A stretch of 64,000 bases of DNA. Origin: a virus. Taxonomy: Duplodnaviria > Caudoviricetes. The notes under the pieces are model-generated. The model made no database searches and was not told the origin of the DNA. It saw only the letters and a list, made by a program, of their open reading frames with translations. Where the stretch lies: the IMG/VR virus record IMGVR_UViG_3300028888_000057. One strand, 5' to 3'. The translations under genes and the position numbers were made by a program. Shown in pieces: positions 57,201 through 64,000 of the stretch. How positions within the stretch are numbered: position 1 is the first letter of the stretch; each line of letters begins with the position of its first letter.

Positions 57201-58080
57201 TCTTTGCAGATTTAACAACGCTGTGATCGATGCAGCAAAGATTGCCAAGATCAATCACTATAATCAGTATCCTGAAATTGAAAAACGTATCAACAAAGCT
57301 ATAGGAGGCAAGAACTCACGTATGCCTGCTTGGTTCAAGTACTCTAAGAATCAGAGGAAAAATGGCAATGAACACAAGCAGTATGCAAAACCCAATAACT
57401 CAACAATGAACCGAATATCTTCTTACTTTGATGATATTGGAAAGATCAACATGAATTTTGCTGGGGTGCCGTCATTCAACTGGCAAATGCTTCTCAGCGG
57501 GCCGTGTACAAATACATGGCCGGAAATTCCAATGCTGTTCTGTGAGATGGATAATGTTAATATTTCTAACGTAATCGAATCTCATGACATTCCTTATGCA
57601 TCTGAGAAACAGAAGATCAATGGTTATTCCATGATGGCAGAAATGATCAAGGATGAAATCATTGATCAGTTTGGTTCGTTAGAAACTGCATATCCGTATG
57701 TAGTAAAACATCTGTTTGCAGGAGAAGGTATGAATAAAGCCGCTCACAAACAGATGTTCTGGCGCGTGTTTGGCAATATTGCGCTGGAAAACTTAAAGAA
57801 AAATGTTAACAACTGTGATGTTTGTCCGGATTGTAAGATGAGAATCCCATCGTGGGTGAAGGATCATTATTGTGTGAAGAATACATCCGGCTTCTATGAA
57901 TGTATAGATTGCCATAAGATGTGTGAAAGAACTTCTTCATCGCAATATCGATGCGCAGATTGTCAAAATAAATATCGACTAACACAAAGAAAACTGGCTC
58001 AGAGAAACCGTCGAAACCAATTGAAAGAGGATGAAGAGAAACGTATTGTTTCCTGGCTATCGTCCTTCAGGGAGATATAA
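54227..58080 (+). CDS. YonO-like single-subunit RNA polymerase in two exons: 54227-55795 and 56833-58080 (938 aa)
   Basis: TASAGQLR, HTDGCGM, R.PFIKG, spliced RSPH/LAMEH, catalytic FDVDGD, IDAAK. Confidence 0.88.
55796..56832 (+). mobile_element. Group I intron in the RNAP gene
   Basis: P1 GCAU/GUGC, GACUA and GACAUAGUC elements, terminal G; removal restores the frame. Confidence 0.85.
55918..56730 (+). CDS. Intron-encoded homing endonuclease (Zn repeats plus Vsr/PD-(D/E)XK-like domain)
   Basis: Two DLTG..FG.L.V..W.C.C.CG..SCGC repeats; LRFDF..VEYQGEQH..D..K. Confidence 0.8.
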   Translation: MSKLKDLTGRMFGFLYVQRRMPNYVQENGRTRTRWLTTCLLCGKAYVADGSHLLHGDIISCGCFKNMKSALRGQEYTGVQKPIRDLTGMKFGYLRVIERCENFGPKTAWLCLCENCGSYTKVRSNHLLRGLVSSDGCIKSVREEQMAKWFNEHKIPFEREYTFPDLLGEGGSNLRFDFGLIDKKNNLICLVEYQGEQHGLDKTGEFGRQQREQTDKQKIDYCLINHLAFQSVWYNRDFEEQMQEIEKFYRKSTAVPNRKTGRCIDYPERE

Positions 58081-58205
58081 AAAACGGTTCTTTCTGGCCG
58101 TCGTATATTCTTTGTAAAGCGCGAACTGAATCAAGTAAGCGTTCTGGATTCAGAGTCGTAAGTCAGGTCGATGGACAAACAAAGTTTTCGCTGCCGAAGG
58201 TTCTG

Positions 58206-58604
58206 GTGACAGAGTTATACGGTCATCAGGATTTGATCAATTATCTCTCAATATACTGTACGAGAGATAAGGCTGGCGGAAGAAAATACTTTCCCCGTGG
58301 TGCGTTGTGCTGGTTTGAATGTAACCGGTACGGTGAACCATTGGGTTCAGTATATTACATTAAAAGGGTACCGGATACATCCATGTATTTTGTGACAAAG
58401 ACAGGTCATGTTTTCGCTCAGAACACTTATCGGAAATTCGTAGAAGCTAAAGCACGTAAAAAAAGCATAAATGAAATTCTGTCAGGTGACATCAAGCTTG
58501 AAAAATATTATCTGTCTCACAAAAAACCGATCCTGTATCAACCAACTGGAAGAAGGAGAAAAAGAAATGCCGGCAAAGAAAACGGTAGAACAAGAAGTTC
58601 CTGA
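58206..58604 (+). CDS. Hypothetical basic protein; start uncertain
   Basis: The frame stays open well upstream of the GTG, to about 58035. Confidence 0.5.
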   Translation: MTELYGHQDLINYLSIYCTRDKAGGRKYFPRGALCWFECNRYGEPLGSVYYIKRVPDTSMYFVTKTGHVFAQNTYRKFVEAKARKKSINEILSGDIKLEKYYLSHKKPILYQPTGRRRKRNAGKENGRTRSS

Positions 58605-59286
58605 AGTTATCCATCATAACATGAGGTTTTATGGACAAGTTCAGGATACGCCGCAAGAAGCGAGAAAAGAAATCGCAGCTGGAAGACTTAAGGGCTATAC
58701 GGATATTAATCCGATGTGGCGAATCAAGAAGCTTACAGAGATCTTTGGCCCCGTAGGATACGGATGGTGGACTCAAAATGAAAAGTATGACCTCCATACC
58801 TGTTCCAACGGAGAAGTCGCAGTATTCTGTACGCTCGAATTGATCATAGTCGACCCTGAAACGAATGAGCAATCACATCCGATTACAGGTATTGGTGGCA
58901 ACAAAGTCGTATCCAATGAAAGAAACGGTGTATATTGCAATGATGAAGCGTATAAGATGGCTTATACGGACGCTCTGTCAATTGCTTGTAAGGCACTGGG
59001 CTTCAGTCATGATATTTATTATCAGAAAGATAGAACCAAATATACGGCTCTGTCTTCTGATGATGCTCCTGCTGCTGAAGTCAACACAACAGAAATCGTA
59101 TCTCGGATTCAGAAGGGAATCAACTTCCTGACAAAAGACATGAACAATGAACAGAAAGACAAATTCGTGATGGATGTTGTTGTTCCCAAGATTGGTAATC
59201 CAAACTATATGGCGTGTAAAGATGTGGTCAAGTTACAGGCTCTTCTCGATACGCTGCTGACTATGTCCAAGGCCAAAGCAGCTTAA
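58567..59286 (+). CDS. Rad52/Sak-like single-strand annealing protein
   Basis: INPMWRI..L.E.FG..G.GW, GIGG, DEAYKMA.TDALS.A...LG...DIY. Confidence 0.8.
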   Translation: MPAKKTVEQEVPEVIHHNMRFYGQVQDTPQEARKEIAAGRLKGYTDINPMWRIKKLTEIFGPVGYGWWTQNEKYDLHTCSNGEVAVFCTLELIIVDPETNEQSHPITGIGGNKVVSNERNGVYCNDEAYKMAYTDALSIACKALGFSHDIYYQKDRTKYTALSSDDAPAAEVNTTEIVSRIQKGINFLTKDMNNEQKDKFVMDVVVPKIGNPNYMACKDVVKLQALLDTLLTMSKAKAA

Positions 59287-59433
59287 AGCTGTTTAGCACT
59301 CCCGGGAGTACGTGCGCTCCCGGGAGATATTGTCTCATTAAACAGAAAAATTCAAGTGCGCACTTATAGATAGAAAATTCCCGAGACCAGTAATAGCACG
59401 AATAAAAAACTATTAACTGGAGAGAAAATTATT

Positions 59434-59814
59434 ATGGCAAATGATGCAAAAGTATGTATTGTTGGAAATCTGATCAAGGATCCTATGCAGAACAATTATA
59501 ACAACTCAACTGTTGTCTCTTTCATCGTGGCCGTTAAGACCACCAAAAAGGATGCGGAGAATAAACCTGTTTCTGACCTGTACAGCGTAAGCGTATGGGG
59601 AAAGTTCGGAGAAGTTCTTTATCCCATGATGCAAAAGGGAACGATGGTTCAGGTAGTTGGCGACCTGATCCTTCAGGAATATACCGATAAAAAGACCGGA
59701 GAAAAGAGAGAAGGTCTCGCAGTGCGAGCTTCTGACGTAAAACTGCTGGCAAAATTAAAGAGCGCCCCGAAGAATAATAATGATGATGATTATTCTGGGC
59801 CAGACCCATTCTAA
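59434..59814 (+). CDS. ssb: SSB-like protein 4
   Basis: GNL.KDP, F.VAV, V.VWGK, KG..V.V.G.L; tail DPF. Confidence 0.85.
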   Translation: MANDAKVCIVGNLIKDPMQNNYNNSTVVSFIVAVKTTKKDAENKPVSDLYSVSVWGKFGEVLYPMMQKGTMVQVVGDLILQEYTDKKTGEKREGLAVRASDVKLLAKLKSAPKNNNDDDYSGPDPF

Positions 59815-59899
59815 TAAGTAAATAATAATCTGCAATGAGCTACCGAGTGAGAACTTGGTTCTGTTGATGTAATTAGCAGATTCGAAAAGGTAAATAATC

Positions 59900-59938
59900 G
59901 AGTTTCCTGGCTGCCAAACTAGGGCAGCCAGGAAACTC
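59900..59938. repeat. Perfect 16-bp inverted repeat upstream of the primase-helicase gene
   Basis: GAGTTTCCTGGCTGCC-N7-GGCAGCCAGGAAACTC. Confidence 0.85.
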
Positions 59939-60007
59939 ATAACAAAATAAATCTTAAGATTGCAGAAAAATATAAAAAAAGGGAAAAAGAAAGGAACAGA
60001 AAATATT

Positions 60008-62815
60008 ATGAACGCGATGACGAGTGCCGTTATTGATCTCGCCAACAAACACAACTTTGACGAATGGCGGATTATCGGAGACGAATTGAAGGTTAAGGGA
60101 AAATGTCCTTTGTGCTTCGGCGGCCCGCATGGCGACCGTGACACATTCTCTATCAACACAATTACCGGAGCTTGGAACTGCAAGCGCGGCAACTGTGAAG
60201 GAATTGATGGAGCCGGAAAAACAAGTGGAACTTTCAAAGAACTCTGTCGTTATTTCGGGGAAGAAGCTCCGGAAGGATTTGCGATGCCCCGTCAGTCTGT
60301 AGCGAAGAAAAAGAGCTATGATAAACCTGATCCTAACAACATTAAGCCCATCACGGAAGAAATCATTCGCTATTTTGCGACCAGAAAGATTAGTGAAGAA
60401 ACTCTTCAGGATTGGAAGATTGGTTCCGACAAGGAAGGAAACATTGTGTTTCCGTTCTATCGTGACAACATCTTGACGTATGTCAAGTATCGGGTTCCAA
60501 AGAAGTTTGAAACGCTTAAGAAGGAATATGAAGAAAAGATTGCCAATCTGTTCCCTGATGAGGCGGCTAAGATCAAGAAGCCGATGAAGGAATGGCAGAT
60601 GGCTAATACAGAGCCGATTCTTTATGGCATGGACAATGTGACGTTTAACAAGCCTCTTGTGATTGTCGAAGGTCAGATTGATGCGCTTTCCATGTATGAA
60701 GCAGGCGTGTCCAATGTCGTGTCCGTTCCGGCCGGATGCAATAATCTGGAATGGATTAATCTCTGCTGGGACTGGCTGGAAAAGTTTAATCAGATCATTC
60801 TCTTTGGAGATTCTGATGAACCTGGAATGGAAATGATGTCTGTTGTTTCCAAGCGGCTGGGAGAGGATCGGTGCATGATCCCCAAAGAGTATCCTGAAGT
60901 TATCTGGAATGGGCAAGATCTTAACAGGATCTGCAAGGATGCTAATGAAATCCTCGTATGTTATGGGCCTGATTATCTTAAAGAACTGGTTGATTCATGT
61001 GAACCTGCTCCGATTAAGGGTGTATTGGAACTGTCGAAAATTCCGTTTATTGATCCGACAACTGTGCCGAGAATCATGACCAAGATTCCGCAGCTGGACA
61101 ATATGATTGGCGGGCTGGGAGAAGGCGGAGTAACGATTATTAGCGGAAAAAGGGGCGAGGGTGGACGATTCGCCCTCGTAAAACATGGTGAACCTATAAA
61201 TATAGGGTGTGCCGTAAGGTGCTAACGGGGAAGCCTAAAGCAATGCCATGGTAATCCCGTGCCAAGACTGCTGCACTAATATTCTAACAGGATGGTGATG
61301 TGCATTGAATATTAAGCATGAATTGGATATTGTTGGAAAACATTTTTTTGACAATTCTGGTTTAGAATTTGTTGTACTATGTGAAGCTGGTAGATCAGAA
61401 TGCGGCAATATGTTGTATGATATCAAATATGTAAAGTCAGGATATATAAATAAAAAAAGAAGACGGATAGAAATTAGAAGAGGAGAAGTTAAAGATAAAC
61501 TAGCTCCTGTTGTATCCGGTGTGGGTTGCATTGGTGATGTAATTATTCCGAATTCAAAATGTATCAACAGAAAACTATATGAAACATGGAAAAACATGAT
61601 TTATAGATGTTATAACCCAAAATGTCACTCATATAAATATTATGGTGCGCGAGGAGTTAAAGTCTGTAAAGAATGGTTATGTTTTGAATGTTTTCTGAGA
61701 GATGTAAAAGAATTAAATGGATACAATGAAGAATTAATTATGAATAAAATGATTGAGTTAGACAAAGATATCATAAATAGATCCGCCAAAGAATATAACC
61801 AGCAAACATGTCAATGGGTTCTTGTTTCTGACAATAGAAGTGAATCTGCTAAACACAGATGGGATCAGTATAGAATGCAGCAGTAAGGTGTAACGACTAT
61901 CCCGTAAGGGAGTAACGTATTGGTGAAACTCCAATATGTGAAGTGCCATGCCTAGGACTGAACATCCTAGCGAAGATATAGTCTGATCTACATGGAAACA
62001 TGTAGCTAACATAAATGAAATCTACCATTGCTGGACCGATTGCTCTTAGTGCTATTCAGCAGGGTTATAAAGTATGCTCTTATTCTGGAGAACTTTCTGC
62101 TTACAAATATCTGGAGTGGATTATGCTTCAGGCAACTGAAAGAAAGTATATTGCCTATAAGACTGATGAAAGATCCGGAAAGAATATTTGTTATGTGCAG
62201 GAAGATATTCAGACCAGAATAAAGAGATGGCTGGATGGAAAATTCTTCCTGTATGACAACTCTATTATTTCGGACGAAAAGCAGACAGATTCCATTCTGA
62301 AAGCCTTTGAAGCATGTGCCAGAAGATATGGATGCAAAGTTTTTATCTGTGACAATTTGATGTCCGCACTGGTATCTTCAGACGAAGAAAACAAGGCGCA
62401 GGCAAAGTTCACTGCGCAGCTGAAGTCTTTCGCCGTAAAGTATAAGGCGCATGTATTGGTAGTCGCCCATCCAAGAAAGACAGCCTCTGGAAGTACGTTC
62501 CAGAATGATGACGTGAGTGGGAGTAGTGCGATTACAAACCTCGCTGACACTGTAATTAATGTTGAGAAGTCTCCTAAGTTAATTCGAGTAACAAAGAACA
62601 GAGACTTCGGTGTTACCGGAACCATTCCGATGATGTACGATCCTGCAAACCGTAGACTGTTTCAGGCCTCAACTGCGGACAGGACGATCTATGGCTGGGA
62701 TCATACAGGAATCAAAGTTCCGGAAGATGCCGCTGAAAGTCTTGAAGAGTTTGCAATTGATGACGGTGTAGACCATTCATCTGATGTTATGAAAGAACTG
62801 TTTGAAAGAGGGTGA
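60008..62815 (+). CDS. Primase-helicase (T7 gp4/Twinkle-like) in two exons: 60008-61162 and 62018-62815 (650 aa)
   Basis: Zn finger CPLC..C..C, TOPRIM EGQIDA / D.DEPG, spliced Walker A GKRGEG/KST, DNL, VAHPRK, K.R. Confidence 0.9.
61163..62017 (+). mobile_element. Group I intron inserted in the helicase Walker A codons
   Basis: P1 CGAGGGU/GCCCUCG, GACUA, AAGAUAUAGUC, terminal G. Confidence 0.88.
61305..61886 (+). CDS. Intron-encoded HNH-type homing endonuclease
   Basis: W.NM..RCY....Y..YG..GV.VC.EW..F..F, LDKD, C.WV. Confidence 0.8.
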   Translation: MNIKHELDIVGKHFFDNSGLEFVVLCEAGRSECGNMLYDIKYVKSGYINKKRRRIEIRRGEVKDKLAPVVSGVGCIGDVIIPNSKCINRKLYETWKNMIYRCYNPKCHSYKYYGARGVKVCKEWLCFECFLRDVKELNGYNEELIMNKMIELDKDIINRSAKEYNQQTCQWVLVSDNRSESAKHRWDQYRMQQ

Positions 62816-63946
62816 TGAACATGACTTTTGTTCAGGTTAAATTTAAAACGGTATACGGTGAACCGGACGCTGTGATGGGCGGAATTGCTGTCTACAAGTA
62901 TGATCATTTGATTGGTGTAATATGCGGATGCTGTGGCCATTACCATCCTGCAAAAGAAGTGTTCATCGTCAAAGAGTATGAAGAATGGTTAAATTTGGGC
63001 GATGCAATCGTTGAGATTAACGATGCTGCGGAGGACTGGGATGACGAATTTGAAGACGAATAAACTTAGATTGTACGATATCGAAGTAACAGAAACCTGT
63101 AAATCCTTTTATACTGTTCAAGCACATAACGCCAAAGAAGCTAATGAACTATTTGAAAAGTGGGTTAACGAAGAAGGAGCTGATACTGTAGCCCGAGATC
63201 TAAGTAAGAATTGCTTGGGTTGGGACTACAGTACAGCGAAACCTGCTAATCCTTCTTCGTGGATCGATGTCCCCTATAAAGAGTAATGTATACGGCTTAC
63301 AAAACTACGTATCAACTTAGAGAATTAAAATTTGATACGGAAAGAGAAGCTTTGGATTATGTGCATTCATTAAAGAAAAGTGTTCAGAAGTATTATAAGG
63401 TTGTCTGTGCTTTAGATTTAACATGGAACGTCTTTGCTATTTTACCGTCTGATGAAATATTGTCTTCAGAAACGTTCCAGGCTGCTGAAAAGTGGTGCGA
63501 AGATGCTCCGTGTGATTCTTATATTCTTAACGGCAAAGGGAATATATGCTGCCGAATTGATGGCTGCATAAAGGAGTTGAACAGCATTGAATCTGTTCGA
63601 TTCTTTAAAAACAAAATTTTGTGTATCGAAAGAGATACATCAAATCAAATTAACAACGTTATCGCTGTAAAAAGAATTGAAAATATAAACAAACACATTG
63701 AACACATATTAGAAAGTGAGGGGATTTCAGATGAACGTATTTGTATTAGTTGAAGAAACTGAACAGCCGGAATTCGTATATGATGGAGAAGCAGCGGAAC
63801 CGACCAGTCGGATCATGGGGATTTATCAGGATTCCGAACGAGCCAATAAAGAAATGGAAAAGTTCAATGAAATGGCTAAGAAAGATGAAGAGGAATACGA
63901 AACCGATCCTGTAACTTATTATGTAGAAGAGAGACCTCTGCTGTGA
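62812..63946 (+). CDS. Run of four small hypothetical ORFs (62812-63063, 63041-63286, 63286-63753, 63731-63946)
   Basis: Overlapping, translationally coupled same-strand ORFs. Confidence 0.6.
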
Positions 63947-64000
63947 TATATAGAGCAAGCGTTCTGACAAGAATGGGAAACTATTCAAAAGAATTCGCTA

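Noticed and set aside
1-64000. Integrase, lysis cassette or host chromosomal genes marking a prophage boundary
   Set aside because: None recognised in this window, so lifestyle cannot be determined here.

Overview
This window is part of a large tailed-phage genome, probably infecting a low-GC Firmicute (strong GGAGG ribosome-binding sites, sigma-A-type promoter, SPbeta-like head genes). Positions 1-20.8 kb (minus strand) hold the morphogenesis module: terminase, portal, protease/scaffold, capsid, head-tail proteins, a tail-tube gene split by two group I introns, a frameshifted tail chaperone and a giant tape-measure-position protein. Positions 21.3-64 kb (plus strand) hold early and replication genes: two YonO/RdRP-like single-subunit RNA polymerases (one intron-split), RNase H, four SSBs, a Sak/Rad52-like recombinase, an intron-split primase-helicase, two tRNA clusters and many small paralogues. 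Five observations stand out. (1) At 40.06-42.25 kb a lone Cas7-like RAMP gene and a partner gene sit inside an array of five long stem-closed RNA units built from strict 5-nt periodic (A/N)YA-NN tracts, which looks like a non-CRISPR programmable RNA-guided system. (2) At 48.8-54.0 kb a phage-encoded Ubl-E2-JAB-E1 operon runs into a retron-like RT that is flanked on both sides by msr/msd-like RNAs. (3) The tape-measure-position protein appears to carry a third RNA-polymerase-like domain. (4) A ~340-nt stem-closed RNA with 7-nt periodicity follows a coiled-coil gene. (5) About 15 small proteins share an acidic C-terminal helix. All calls come from reading motifs by eye; no searches or folding programs were run.
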